From: a bacterium
GTDB lineage: Bacteria > UBA8248
Length of the DNA: 64,000 nt
Direction: 5' to 3'
NCBI GenBank assembly: GCA_965213625.1
Contig: CBDBZU010000004.1
Coordinates: 1,440,001-1,504,000, forward strand
Shown here: one piece after another, positions 1 to 10,374 of the stretch
Layout of the letters: each line of letters opens with the position of its first letter
How positions within the stretch are numbered: the stretch's first letter is position 1
The notes under the pieces: generated by a model
Databases searched by the model: none
Told to the model about the DNA's origin: nothing
What the model saw: only the letters and a program-made list of their open reading frames with translations
Made by a program: the position numbers and the translations under genes

Positions 1-288
1 GGTGAGGGCGATGAGCGGGGAGCGGTCCAGATAGGCGTTGCCCACGCCGGTCGAGAGGTTTGTGGCGCCCGGTCCCAGGGTGGCGATGCAGAAGCCCGGC
101 GCGCCCGTCAGGCGGCCCATCACGTCGGCGGCGAAGCTCGCGGAGCCTTCATGCGCTGTCAGGACGAAGGTGAGTCCTCCCTTTCGCATGGCTTCGAGCA
201 TGGGCAGGACGTTCCCGCTCGGGATGCCGAAGCAGTGCGTGACGCCTGCTTCCTTCATGGTTTTGACGATCAAGTCCGCGTTGTTCAT
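1..288 (-). CDS. Thiamine-pyrophosphate-binding enzyme, acetolactate synthase-like (runs off the window start)
   Basis: Manual translation MNNADLIVKTMKEAGVTHCFGIPSGNVLPMLEA...AHEGSASFAADVMGRLTGAPGFCIATLGPGATN matches the TPP enzyme N-domain (HE..A.F.A, GPG.TN); GGAG RBS upstream. Not in the ORF track. Confidence 0.9.
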   Translation of the reverse strand, partial: MNNADLIVKTMKEAGVTHCFGIPSGNVLPMLEAMRKGGLTFVLTAHEGSASFAADVMGRLTGAPGFCIATLGPGATNLSTGVGNAYLDRSPLIALT

Positions 289-303
289 GGAAAATCTCCG
301 GTC

Positions 304-1347
304 TCAGGAAGATGAATGACGATAGATGTTGATGAGGTCTTTCAAGAGTGCTGCGGCCGCGCCGCGCGGGTCGCTCTTGCCGCCCACCACGGTGACGCGA
401 TCCATCGTATCGCTCGTGTAGGTGATTCCCTTCTCCGCCCCTTCCACGCCCGCCAGGGGATGATCGGGCGAGAGCAACTCTGGCGCAACGCGCGCCGAGA
501 CGCGCCCGGCCTCATCCCGCTTCGAATTGCCCACCAGGCGCATTATCTTTCCCTCGGCGCTCGCGCGCTGAACTTTCTCAAGCGATATCCCGGCGATGCC
601 CTTCCGCTCCACGTCATCGGGCGTCAGGTCAGCTCCCATGCAGACGTTCGTGATGAGCGCGAGCTTGTTCGCCGTGTCGAAGCCCTCCACGTCGAGCGTG
701 GGGTCGGTCTCCGCGATGCCGAGCGCCTGGGCTTCTGCGAGCGCCTCATCGTAGCTATGTCCGTTTGTCCTCATGCGCGTGAGTATAAAATTCGTCGTCC
801 CGTTCAAAACGCCCTCGACCCCGAGGATCTCCGCGCCTGCGAGGCAGGTCTCAGCCACGTCGATGGTCGGAAGCGCGGCCGCGGCGGCGGCGGAGATCTT
901 GAGGCTCAAGTTTTTCTCCCGCGCCAGGCCGGTCAGTTCCCTGTAGGCCCGTATGAAGGGTCCCTTGTTCGCGCTCACCACGTTCATTTCCCTGGAAAGC
1001 GCCTCGCGTATGTGGCTCAAGGCGGGTTCGCCCGTTCTGATGTCGGTGGGTGTCGTCTCGATGAGGGCGTCGGCGTTCGCTGCGCGAACCAGGTCGAGCC
1101 CCTGCCAGTCGGCTTTAAAACTGGGATGACCCCCGAAGCCGCCATCTCGCTCGAAGGCGTCCGCCGTCATTGAAGCGTCGATTCCTTCGGGGCTATGCAG
1201 ACTGCCGTTCAACTCGCCTATGCCTGCGATAACCGGTTCGAGATCATAGGCCGCGCGCATGAAGTCCGTTTTGTCGTGGATGAGTCTCGCGAATTCGCGC
1301 CCCACGCGCCCGAATCCGCAGACGATCACTTTAATTTTTCTAGCCAA
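304..1347 (-). CDS. hom: Homoserine dehydrogenase
   Basis: GFGRVG Rossmann motif, VVSANKGP, GVLNGTTNFIL, AETDPTLDVEGFDTANK; TTG start with AAGGA RBS. Confidence 0.9.
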   Translation of the reverse strand: MARKIKVIVCGFGRVGREFARLIHDKTDFMRAAYDLEPVIAGIGELNGSLHSPEGIDASMTADAFERDGGFGGHPSFKADWQGLDLVRAANADALIETTPTDIRTGEPALSHIREALSREMNVVSANKGPFIRAYRELTGLAREKNLSLKISAAAAAALPTIDVAETCLAGAEILGVEGVLNGTTNFILTRMRTNGHSYDEALAEAQALGIAETDPTLDVEGFDTANKLALITNVCMGADLTPDDVERKGIAGISLEKVQRASAEGKIMRLVGNSKRDEAGRVSARVAPELLSPDHPLAGVEGAEKGITYTSDTMDRVTVVGGKSDPRGAAAALLKDLINIYRHSSS

Positions 1348-1555
1348 GCGCCATCCTTTTCGGTTGTTGATGCGGAATGCCTGGAATTCCCGCCCCTTAA
1401 TGCCATGACGGGCGGCGGGCGGTCAACTCGGGGCCTTTCATGCGCCGAAAGACTCACCTCGTTGCCGAGCGGATAAAACTATGAGAAACCTTTTGCTCGT
1501 TCCACATCACCATAAGCATGCGCATTCACGTACCGATGACGCGAAAGGGGAAAAG

Positions 1556-2521
1556 ATGCCGGATCTGGAGCTAACGGCGGCGTTTGGCGATTACGATCGC
1601 ACCAACATTCTCAAGATGGGCGCCGTTCGCCCGAATGGAGTGGACCTCCGGGTGCTCTCCCTGCCGCCTTCCGAGATATTCTTCCGCATGTGCAGGCACC
1701 AGGAGTTCGACCTGTCCGAAATGTCGATGGGCGCGCATATGTTCCTCTTGGGTGAGGGAGCGAGCCCCTTCGTGGGGATGCCCGCCTTCCCGAGCCGCGT
1801 CTTCAGGCATTCGATGGTTTACGCGAACACGGATGCGGGCGTCGATGGGGTGGCGGATTTGAACGGCAAGCGAATCGCGATCCGCGAATGGGGGATGACG
1901 GCGGTCGTGTGGATAGTCGGCATTCTCGCCGAGGAGTATGGCCTCGACGTGGGTTCTGTGGACTGGGTGGCGGCCATCGAACCGCGCGTGCCGATACCCA
2001 TGCCGCCCGGCGCGCGCATCCGCTACATGCAGCCCGGCCAGACGGTGTCGAACATGCTCGAATCGGGCGAGGTGGATGGCGCGCTGATCCACCAGGTGCC
2101 GGAGTGTTTCGCAAAAGGCTCGCCGCAAGTGAAGCGCCTGTTCCCGGACTACAAGGCCGCCGAGACGGCGTATTACAAGAGAACGGGCGTTCACCCCATG
2201 ATGCACTGCGTCGTGCTGAGAAAGGATATTCACGAGCAAACCCCCTGGGCGCTCGGGTCCATCTATGAAGCCATGTGCGAGGCGCGCGAGAAGACGCTTG
2301 CGTTGCTGAGCGACAACGGCGCGCTCTCGGCCATGATCCCCTTTCTGCCCTCGGTGATGGACGAGACGCGCGAGATTTTCGGCGATGATTTCTGGCCCTA
2401 CGGGGTGGAGGCGAACCGCACGTCGCTCGAAAAGCTCCTCTCCTACGCCCACGCGCAGGGCCTCACGCCCGGCCTGCTTGAGGTGGAGGATCTGTTCGGC
2501 GAGAGCGTGCTGAACACCTAG
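1556..2521 (+). CDS. 4,5-dihydroxyphthalate decarboxylase-like / PBP-fold protein
   Basis: GDYDRT, EIFFRM..HQEFDLSEMS, PAFPSRVFRHS and FWPYGVEANR motifs; start moved to the ATG after a purine-rich RBS. Confidence 0.8.
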   Translation: MPDLELTAAFGDYDRTNILKMGAVRPNGVDLRVLSLPPSEIFFRMCRHQEFDLSEMSMGAHMFLLGEGASPFVGMPAFPSRVFRHSMVYANTDAGVDGVADLNGKRIAIREWGMTAVVWIVGILAEEYGLDVGSVDWVAAIEPRVPIPMPPGARIRYMQPGQTVSNMLESGEVDGALIHQVPECFAKGSPQVKRLFPDYKAAETAYYKRTGVHPMMHCVVLRKDIHEQTPWALGSIYEAMCEAREKTLALLSDNGALSAMIPFLPSVMDETREIFGDDFWPYGVEANRTSLEKLLSYAHAQGLTPGLLEVEDLFGESVLNT

Positions 2522-2570
2522 TCGAGCGCTTTGATTTTGTTTCACTGAGAAACCGCCCACCACCGGTGAT

Positions 2571-5500
2571 ATGGAACTCCCCATGGCGTCGGCTTCAAAA
2601 ATTCTAATTGCAGCTCCTTTCCACCGTATTGAACCATCCCTCGCGTCGCGCGTGCGCAGCTTGGGCGTAGGAGACCCCCTCGCGCACAGGCGGGTGGTCG
2701 TCATCTCGAACCGGCTGCGCGATCACGTCCAGGGCGTGCTCGCGCGCGCGGGCGGCTTCGCAGGCGTAGAGGTGCTGAGCATGATCGACTTGGCGAATAA
2801 GATTGCCGAGCCGGAACGAGCGCTGGTGGAGTTTACGCGCCCCCATCCCGCCATCGCCGAGGTCCTGGCCGAAGAAGCGTTCGAGCGCGCGCGGGGGGCG
2901 TTCGCATTTTTCAAAGCCGACACGAGAGGATACGGAGAGAGCCTCTGCGCTACGCTGACGGACTTGGCCGAAGCGAACCTCTCTCCTGAAATATTGAGGG
3001 AACTCGGCCGGAAAATTTCTGGCCCCGATGCGGCGCGGTGCCGCGATCTGGCGCTTCTGGCAGAGCGTTTCCATAGCAGTATGCGCGAGCGAAAATACTA
3101 CGACCGCTCCTCGCTATTCGAGACGGCGTGCGAGAAGGCGGAAGCGGAGCCTCCGTGCGTCCCCACCATCTTCTACGGCTTCGCCGAGATGAACGCGCTT
3201 CAGCGCAGGCTGGCGGCGGCGGTCTGCCGTGAGGCGCACTCGCAAGCTCTCGTGCCCGCGCAACCGGACGCGCCCGCATGCGCGCACGCGCAGCCTTTAC
3301 TCGTATGGTTCGAGCGGCAGGGATTCCGCAAAGAAGAAGCCGGGCCGCGCGAGTCGAGGCCGCTCTCAAATCTGGCCGAGGTGCTCTTCTCGCGTGATGA
3401 GGCGGGGGCCAAGCCTGTGGCGGCGGACGCCCTGCGCGTCGTGGCGGCCCCCACGAGAGGCCGGGAAGTCTGGGAAGCCTGCCGGGAGATGCTACGGGCG
3501 AGAGAAGACATCGAGGGCGATGAAGAAATGTGTGTCTTGATGACCGCGCGGGACGGCTATCAGGATCTGTTCGAAGAGACGTTTTATACTTTGGAAATCC
3601 CTGGCCGAACAGAAGATCAGCATCCCCTTGCCGAAACGCCCGCCGCGCGTTTGTTCCTCCTCATGCTCCGCTTGCCGATGGAAGGCTACCCGCGCGCCGA
3701 GTTGATGCGCTTTCTGGATGAGGGCGGCTTCACCGGCTCGCCGATGTTCCGGGAACTGGCGCGGAAATACGAGTTCGAGGAGCGCGTCGGCGACCTCGCT
3801 CTGGCGTCTGAATGGGAGTTTTTCTCGAGAAGCCTGCCTTATCTCAAGGGTCCAGACGACTGGCTCGCAGCCCTCGATGACGCCTTGGATGAAATGAAGG
3901 AAGGGGACGAGGAGCGTCCCGCCGCCTATTCCCTCGACTTGGCTATGTCCGATGTCGTCGATCTGATGGAGAAGATTCCCGAGCAGGGACCGCCCTCTTC
4001 GTTTGTTCAATTATTTCTGGAAGCTTTCTCGAAGATGACGAGCGGTTTGATCCACGGTGGTGAAGTGAAAGATGTTGTCTCATCTCTTGCGGATTTGGAT
4101 GAGATCACAGGCGAGATGACGCGGGAGCGATTCCATGATCTTTGCGAGCGATTCCTGGAGAAGACTGCCCTGAGAGGCGGCGAGCTGGATGAGGGCCATC
4201 TGGCGAGCCTCTCCTCCATCCAGAGCGCGCGCGGTCTTTCCTTCGACGTGGTCGTCCTTGCAGGGCTGGGCGAGGGCCTGTTTCCGCCCACAGGGAGCGA
4301 AGACCCGCTTCTGCCCGATTCGGTGCGCGAAAAGCTGAACCGCGCCGCGCAAGAGACCTTCCCGGCGCGGGAGGCAGCGCTTCCGCTCAAGAAATCGCGC
4401 GAGAGCGAAGCGCGGTTTCAGTTGTGGACGATCCTTCAGTCGGCTAGGAAGCGCCTCATCCTCACGGCGACGAGCGCCGAGGATGGTTTGGGGGACAATG
4501 TGGCGTCATTTCCGAGCATGTTCTTGCATTATCTGGCGGATGCGCTGGGGGAGGCGAGAGACGGCGCGTGGGGTCTTTTCGCTGACTCGCGCAGCCGCAC
4601 CGCCGCCGCGACGCTGGACGCAGAAGCGATTTCATCGAATCCCGCTCACCTGCGCGAGTATGATCTCGCTCGAATGGCGAATCAGATTAGCCGGCCCGAA
4701 GCGGGCAGCCTCTCCTACATGAACGATTTTCCGGGGTTTCTCAGAAGGCGGACCGCCCTGGATGAGCGGTGGCGGCCGGGCGCTTTGACCGGGCACGACG
4801 GGATGCTCACTGCGCCCGACTTGCGGGAGATCATCCAGGAGATAATTCACTCGTCCGGGCGTCCGCTCGGGGTCACCTTGGTGGAGAATTTCTTCGGGTG
4901 TCCTTACCGGTTCATCAACAAACGCCTGCACCCCCGCATGGAAAAACGAGAAGAACCCCTCCCGCCTTTCGACATGGACGGGAGAAGCCGGGGAGAGTTG
5001 ACGCACCGGATTCTCGAACTCTTCCACCATTGGCTCCAGAGGACAAACCAGCCGCTTCATGCGCTGGGCGAAACGACGGCGCAGGAAGCGCTCCGCGATG
5101 CGATTCGAGAGGCGATGACCGGGGAGGCGGAAAAGGCCGAGTCGCCACCCTTGCCCGCGCTGCCCTGGGGGGTGCTCGAAGATGCGCTTTACCGGCGCTT
5201 GCGGGGCTACCTGGATCAAAGGCGCGCGGACGCGTCGGGCCCGCTTCCGGTGAGCGTGGAGGAGCGGTTCGGCGGGGTGGGTTCCCAGCCTTTGCGGATA
5301 TCGCTGGAATCAGGGGAACTCGCCCTGAGCGGGCGGATGGATCTGCTCGAACGAAACGCGGCGGGGGAATACCGCGTCGTCGATTTCAAGACTGTGGGGA
5401 GGAGAAGTTCGATTCCGGCCCAAAAGAAAGTGCTGGACGGCGGCGCGAGCCTTCAACTCCACCTCTACGCGCGGCATCTGCGCACGCGGCCGGACGCCTT

Positions 5501-5798
5501 GCCGGCGGAAGCCGGGGTGAGCGGCGCATACGTCTACGTCACCCGGGAGGAGGGCGTCGTCGAACGCGCGCGCTCCTGCGAGGATATTGAGGGGCGCATG
5601 GCGGAGGTGGATGCCCTTCTGGATTATTTTCTGGCCTCTGCCCGGGAGGGGCGTTTTTTCCCGACGCCCTCGGCCGATGGGTGCAGGTATTGCGACTACA
5701 AGCTCATCTGCGGACCGGACAGGGCCGAGCGCGCCGCGCGGAAGGAGGTCGCGCCGGGGGTGAGCGAGCTTCGAGTCTTGAGGGAGAACGCCTCATGA
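2571..5798 (+). CDS. addB: AddB-like helicase-nuclease subunit with PD-(D/E)XK nuclease and Fe-S staple
   Basis: Degenerate helicase body (SARGLSFDVVVLAGL); nuclease GRMDLLE...VVDFKT...LQLHLYA; Cys set GCPYRF plus CRYCDYKLIC; overlaps the next gene (ATGA). Confidence 0.8.
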   Translation: MELPMASASKILIAAPFHRIEPSLASRVRSLGVGDPLAHRRVVVISNRLRDHVQGVLARAGGFAGVEVLSMIDLANKIAEPERALVEFTRPHPAIAEVLAEEAFERARGAFAFFKADTRGYGESLCATLTDLAEANLSPEILRELGRKISGPDAARCRDLALLAERFHSSMRERKYYDRSSLFETACEKAEAEPPCVPTIFYGFAEMNALQRRLAAAVCREAHSQALVPAQPDAPACAHAQPLLVWFERQGFRKEEAGPRESRPLSNLAEVLFSRDEAGAKPVAADALRVVAAPTRGREVWEACREMLRAREDIEGDEEMCVLMTARDGYQDLFEETFYTLEIPGRTEDQHPLAETPAARLFLLMLRLPMEGYPRAELMRFLDEGGFTGSPMFRELARKYEFEERVGDLALASEWEFFSRSLPYLKGPDDWLAALDDALDEMKEGDEERPAAYSLDLAMSDVVDLMEKIPEQGPPSSFVQLFLEAFSKMTSGLIHGGEVKDVVSSLADLDEITGEMTRERFHDLCERFLEKTALRGGELDEGHLASLSSIQSARGLSFDVVVLAGLGEGLFPPTGSEDPLLPDSVREKLNRAAQETFPAREAALPLKKSRESEARFQLWTILQSARKRLILTATSAEDGLGDNVASFPSMFLHYLADALGEARDGAWGLFADSRSRTAAATLDAEAISSNPAHLREYDLARMANQISRPEAGSLSYMNDFPGFLRRRTALDERWRPGALTGHDGMLTAPDLREIIQEIIHSSGRPLGVTLVENFFGCPYRFINKRLHPRMEKREEPLPPFDMDGRSRGELTHRILELFHHWLQRTNQPLHALGETTAQEALRDAIREAMTGEAEKAESPPLPALPWGVLEDALYRRLRGYLDQRRADASGPLPVSVEERFGGVGSQPLRISLESGELALSGRMDLLERNAAGEYRVVDFKTVGRRSSIPAQKKVLDGGASLQLHLYARHLRTRPDALPAEAGVSGAYVYVTREEGVVERARSCEDIEGRMAEVDALLDYFLASAREGRFFPTPSADGCRYCDYKLICGPDRAERAARKEVAPGVSELRVLRENAS

Positions 5799-8700
5799 GC
5801 GCGCAGCCCCGCGACCAAAAACAAAGAGATGAGGCCGCGACCTGGACGCGCGGTCCCGTTCTGGTCGAGGCGGGTGCGGGCACGGGCAAGACCACCCTGC
5901 TCGTGGAGCGAATCCTGCATCTGATCCGGCGCGAAGGGGTCCGACTCGATGAAATAGCCGCCATCACCTTCACGCGAAAGGCGACCGCGCAATTAAAAGA
6001 CAGGATTCGTAGACGTTTTCTCGATGTGGTTGCAGGAGAGGAAGACGCCGCCACGAAAGCGCGGCTGCAGGATGCGCTGGATAACCTCGAGTCCGCGCGC
6101 ATCTCCACCATCCACGGCTTTGCGCTGAATATCTTGCGGGCGTTCTCCGTGGAAGCGGGGCTTCGCCCCGACCTGGGCGACGTGGATGAAATCGAGCACG
6201 ATACGCGGCGCGATGCGGCCTGGCGCGACTGGCTAACGCAGGCGCTGAACAGTGGGGATGCGCGATTGCGCAATTTCCTGGAGCTCGGCTTTCCGGTAGC
6301 CGATCTGGAGAAAATCCGCGACGCCATGCTCGACCTGCCAGAATTAAGAGAACATTTCCCCCGCTCACATGGCGCTTCTCCCGTAGAAATCCGTGCGTCC
6401 ATCGCAGATGCGTTCGACGCCTGGGCGGAAGTGGGCCGCCACTGTGTGAATGATGAGGACAAAGCCTTAATACAACTGGAGAAAGCGAGAAGCTGGCTGG
6501 AGGGCCTCTCCGGACTATCGCAAACCGAACTGCTCCGCGAACTCTGGAGTCCCGGCTTCAAGCTGAACAAGCGGGTGGGATCACCCGGAAATTGGGGAGA
6601 TTCTACCGAAGAGGGGAGAGAAAACCTCAAGCTCTTCCGCGGGGAATACGATCGCTTCTTACAAAATAGCGCCAAGATAATCGCCCATGAGGTGCTTGCC
6701 GGTCTGGTTCCCCTCGTTCGGGGTTTCGTCGAGTCATTCGAGACGGAAATGCGCGAAGCGGGGCTTTTGTCTTATCAGGACATGCTCTTTCTGGCGGCGA
6801 AGCTCGTACGGGAGAACCCCTCCGTGCGGGGGAGAATCCGCGAGAGCATCCGGCATTTTCTAGTCGATGAATTTCAGGATACCGACCCTTTGCAGGTCGA
6901 ATTGATATTCCTGCTTGCGGGATCGGGAGACGCCGCAGACTGGCGCGAGGTGCGGATGGAAGATGCCAAACTCTTCATGGTGGGCGATCCCAAGCAATCC
7001 ATCTACCGCTTCCGCCGGGCGGACATCGCCATCTATCACGATGTCAGGGAGATGATTGACCATCTCCCGAATGGCCGCCTGCTGCGCATCAAGGAAAACT
7101 TCCGCAGCACGCCCGGCGTGGTCGATTTCGTGAACGAGGCGTTCTCGCGCGTCATCGTTCACGACTCCGGGAACCCCGACGTTCAGCCCGAATATGTCGA
7201 ACTCATGGCGCATCGCGAATCCGCAGACCCGGCCGTTTTCCTGTTCAAGACGAAAGAAGACGGGGACGAGCCTGCGGAAAGCGGCAGGGTGAACGAAGAA
7301 CAAAGACGAAAGAACGAGGCCGCCTGCCTCGCCGCCGCGCTCCGAGAGTTGGTGGAAGATAAGAGGGTGGAAATCACGGACACAGATAAGAATGCGCGCC
7401 GCCCTGTCAGTTTTGGCGACGTCGCCGTCTTGTTCCGGGCGCGCACGGGCTACGCCCAGTTCGAGGACGCTTTCCGTGGCGCGGGGGTTCCGTTCATCAC
7501 CGATGGCGGATATGGGTTTTACGACAAGTTCGAAGTCGGCGCGGTCGTCTCGGTGTTATCCGCCGTGGCGCGGCCCGGCGATCCGCTGGCGCTCGCCGCC
7601 GCCCTGCGCTCTCCCCTGTACGGTTTTTCGGATGTGGAAACAGCCCGCTACTTCCTGAAGAGACAAGAGCCGCCCAAGGAGCTGAGAGAGGCGGTTCGCG
7701 AGATATGCCTGCTGCATGAGGCGAAGAAAGATGCGGGCGTGCGCGCCATTCTGGAGGAGGTATACCGCCGCACGGGGGCGTTCGAGTTGTTCCTGGCTTC
7801 ATCGGGCGGAGAGCAGCGCGTCGCCAATCTGTCAAAGCTTCTCGATATGGCGCATGAATTCGCCGCGGGCGGCAGGCGGGGCGTGGATGCGTTCGCCGCG
7901 CACCTGGAGGCGCAATACGAACTGGGGCGCGACGCCAGAGAGCCGGAAGCGTTTCAGGACGCCCGGGGGGGCGAGGCGGTTCGGCTCATGACGGTCCACC
8001 AGGCCAAGGGGTTGGAATTCCCCGTGGTCGCACTGGCCGACCTGGAGGGCAAGGACGATCAGCGTTCCGAGGCGCGGATCGCGAATCACGAAAGAGGAAA
8101 CGAAGCGGTCGATCTGCACCTGGGCTCAGGACCCCGGCGGCTGGATTCGGCAGGCTATGTGAGTGCGCTCGAACGCGAAAAAGGGTTTCATAACGCGGAA
8201 ATAAAGCGTCTTTGGTATGTGGCGGCGACGCGGGCGAAGGACTATCTGCTCTGGCCGGAGTCGGGCTTTCACGGGTTCATGCAGAGCGCGGGACTCCTGG
8301 AAGTGGAAACAGCCGGGGTGATCCGGGAGGCGTCCGCTTCGGTTCTCGAAGTATCGCCGGAAGAACCCCGGGAGCCGGAGTCCATCCTCCGTCTTGGGGG
8401 CGCTGTTTTTCGTCCGGCGAACGGGGGTTCGGGGAGCGTTGCGGAGCGGCGCGCCGTCCTGGATGAGAAGTTGAAGTTGCTGAAGAAGCCTGTCGAGACG
8501 CCGAAGCCCCTGGCTCCCAGCAGTCTCGTGAAAGGATTCGACGAGGTAGAGCCTGCGGCCTCGACTGCGCTTTACGATGAGGATGCGCCACAGGACATCG
8601 AAGTCCACGCAGGCGGGACGGCGTTCGGGAGCCTGGTTCATGTAATCCTCGCGCGGCTCGACCCGCCGGATGTCGCCTGCTTGGAGCGTTTGCGGGATGA

Positions 8701-9139
8701 GAGCGTCGCTTGCGCACGCACGCTCGGTTTGAGTCTCGAAGATGCGGGTCACGCCATGGGATTGATTCGAGATTCGATGGAGGAGGGGAGGATATTGGCG
8801 CGCGCGGCGGCGGCTACCAAGCGCTGGCGGGAGCTGTCCTTCACCTTCGAACTGGACGGGCGCGTTCTCCGGGGCGCCATCGACCTGGTGTTCGAAGAAG
8901 ACGGCAAACTCACGCTCGTGGACTTCAAGACGGATAAAGTCGAGGCGGGTGAAGCGGAGAAAAAAGCCTCGTTTTATCTGAATCAGGGTGGCGCCTACGT
9001 CATGGGCCTTGAGGCGGCGACGGGTCTCGAAGTGGGTGAGCTGGTGTTTTCTTTTCTGCGTCCGGGCGTCGATGTTTCCCGCCCCGTCGATGATGTGTTA
9101 AGAAAGCGCGTACGAGAAGCCGTGGCGGGAGCGCAGTAG
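5795..9139 (+). CDS. addA: AddA-like UvrD/SF1 helicase with C-terminal nuclease
   Basis: EAGAGTGKT, ITFTRKA, LVDEFQDTD, VGDPKQSIYRFR, TVHQAKGLEF, YVAATRA, RGAIDLVF..VDFKTD; start at ATG 5795. Confidence 0.88.
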   Translation: MSAQPRDQKQRDEAATWTRGPVLVEAGAGTGKTTLLVERILHLIRREGVRLDEIAAITFTRKATAQLKDRIRRRFLDVVAGEEDAATKARLQDALDNLESARISTIHGFALNILRAFSVEAGLRPDLGDVDEIEHDTRRDAAWRDWLTQALNSGDARLRNFLELGFPVADLEKIRDAMLDLPELREHFPRSHGASPVEIRASIADAFDAWAEVGRHCVNDEDKALIQLEKARSWLEGLSGLSQTELLRELWSPGFKLNKRVGSPGNWGDSTEEGRENLKLFRGEYDRFLQNSAKIIAHEVLAGLVPLVRGFVESFETEMREAGLLSYQDMLFLAAKLVRENPSVRGRIRESIRHFLVDEFQDTDPLQVELIFLLAGSGDAADWREVRMEDAKLFMVGDPKQSIYRFRRADIAIYHDVREMIDHLPNGRLLRIKENFRSTPGVVDFVNEAFSRVIVHDSGNPDVQPEYVELMAHRESADPAVFLFKTKEDGDEPAESGRVNEEQRRKNEAACLAAALRELVEDKRVEITDTDKNARRPVSFGDVAVLFRARTGYAQFEDAFRGAGVPFITDGGYGFYDKFEVGAVVSVLSAVARPGDPLALAAALRSPLYGFSDVETARYFLKRQEPPKELREAVREICLLHEAKKDAGVRAILEEVYRRTGAFELFLASSGGEQRVANLSKLLDMAHEFAAGGRRGVDAFAAHLEAQYELGRDAREPEAFQDARGGEAVRLMTVHQAKGLEFPVVALADLEGKDDQRSEARIANHERGNEAVDLHLGSGPRRLDSAGYVSALEREKGFHNAEIKRLWYVAATRAKDYLLWPESGFHGFMQSAGLLEVETAGVIREASASVLEVSPEEPREPESILRLGGAVFRPANGGSGSVAERRAVLDEKLKLLKKPVETPKPLAPSSLVKGFDEVEPAASTALYDEDAPQDIEVHAGGTAFGSLVHVILARLDPPDVACLERLRDESVACARTLGLSLEDAGHAMGLIRDSMEEGRILARAAAATKRWRELSFTFELDGRVLRGAIDLVFEEDGKLTLVDFKTDKVEAGEAEKKASFYLNQGGAYVMGLEAATGLEVGELVFSFLRPGVDVSRPVDDVLRKRVREAVAGAQ

Positions 9140-9188
9140 GGGGCTTAGCCGGGCTTCGGGATGTTCTGCTTATAAGGAGGAGATTTCC

Positions 9189-10307
9189 ATGAAAGTCGAA
9201 TCCATCGAGGTGTTCCGCGTCGATATGCCGATGCGGGATTTTTTCAAGAACGCGAACCACAACCACAACGTCCAGCCCTCGGTCGTCGTTCGTGTGACCT
9301 CCGACGACGGGTACTCGGGAATAGGCGACGTCGAACCCGTGGCGGGATACTCGGGCTTGAACCGCGATGATATCGCGGACGCGGTGGAGCAGAAGCTCGC
9401 GCCCGCTCTCATCGGCGCGAACCCCAGGGCGTCGCGCGAGATTACGCGGATGATGGATGAGGCCTGCGACGGCTTCTACGGCGGAAAGGGCGCCTTATCG
9501 CTCGCCATGGCGGACCTCCATGCAAAATATTTAAGCGTCCCGCTGTATGAGTTGCTCGGTGGCGCGGTGAAGAAAGAAGTGAGTTTCAACGCCTGGATAG
9601 GCATCAAGTCGCCTGAGGAAGCGGGGCGCGAGGCGCGGGGCTTTTACGAGCGCGGCTGGCGGGCCTGTAAGGTGAAGATGGGAGGAGAAGTGGCGTCGGA
9701 TGCCGCACGGGTGCTGGCCGTGCGGGAATCGACGGGGGATGATTTCGAGATACGAATCGACGCGAATGAATCCTACGGGAACGTGGAAGACGCCATTGCG
9801 CTGGCGCGCGAGGTGGAAGAGGCGGACATACACCACTTCGAGCAGCCCGTGCCGAGAACCGACATCGAGGGGCTCGCCCAAGTGCGCCGCTCCATCAACA
9901 TCCCCGTCATGGCGGATGAGTGCGTGTTCGGGCCGGAGAGCCTGCTCGAGATCATACGGGCCGAGGCCGCTGACATCGTCAAGGTCAAGATCATGAAGCA
10001 AGGCGGTCCCCTTCGCGTCAGGGATATGGTCGGCACGGCGGAGGCTGCCGGCATGAAAATGGTCATCGGACACGGGTTCGGTTTGTCGCCCTACACGCTG
10101 GGAGAAATCCACGTGGCGGCGACCTCGAACGCTTTCCTGGCGGCGATAGAATCCGTCGGCCCCGAGAAGATGCTGGACGACGTCGTGGATTCTCCGGTCG
10201 ACATGAGCACGGGGCGGCATGAGATTTCAGACGCCCCCGGGCTGGGGATCGTCCTGGATGAGAATAAACTCGACAAATACATGACACGGCAAGTGGTGAA
10301 GTTATAA
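9189..10307 (+). CDS. Enolase-superfamily enzyme, muconate-lactonizing/dipeptide epimerase subgroup
   Basis: KVK motif, metal ligands in DANE/EQP/ADE, second Lys in VKVKIMK, APGLGI; AAGGAGGA RBS. Confidence 0.88.
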   Translation: MKVESIEVFRVDMPMRDFFKNANHNHNVQPSVVVRVTSDDGYSGIGDVEPVAGYSGLNRDDIADAVEQKLAPALIGANPRASREITRMMDEACDGFYGGKGALSLAMADLHAKYLSVPLYELLGGAVKKEVSFNAWIGIKSPEEAGREARGFYERGWRACKVKMGGEVASDAARVLAVRESTGDDFEIRIDANESYGNVEDAIALAREVEEADIHHFEQPVPRTDIEGLAQVRRSINIPVMADECVFGPESLLEIIRAEAADIVKVKIMKQGGPLRVRDMVGTAEAAGMKMVIGHGFGLSPYTLGEIHVAATSNAFLAAIESVGPEKMLDDVVDSPVDMSTGRHEISDAPGLGIVLDENKLDKYMTRQVVKL

Positions 10308-10374
10308 AGCGCGGGGGCTCGGTTTCCCCCGTCTTTATGTCGCGACACCTTTCACTTTCGATTGGACAATAGCG

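Noticed and set aside
2571-9139. Helicase-nuclease pair as a novel defence system
   Set aside because: Domain order, Fe-S Cys pattern, host-like GC and context fit housekeeping AddAB recombination repair
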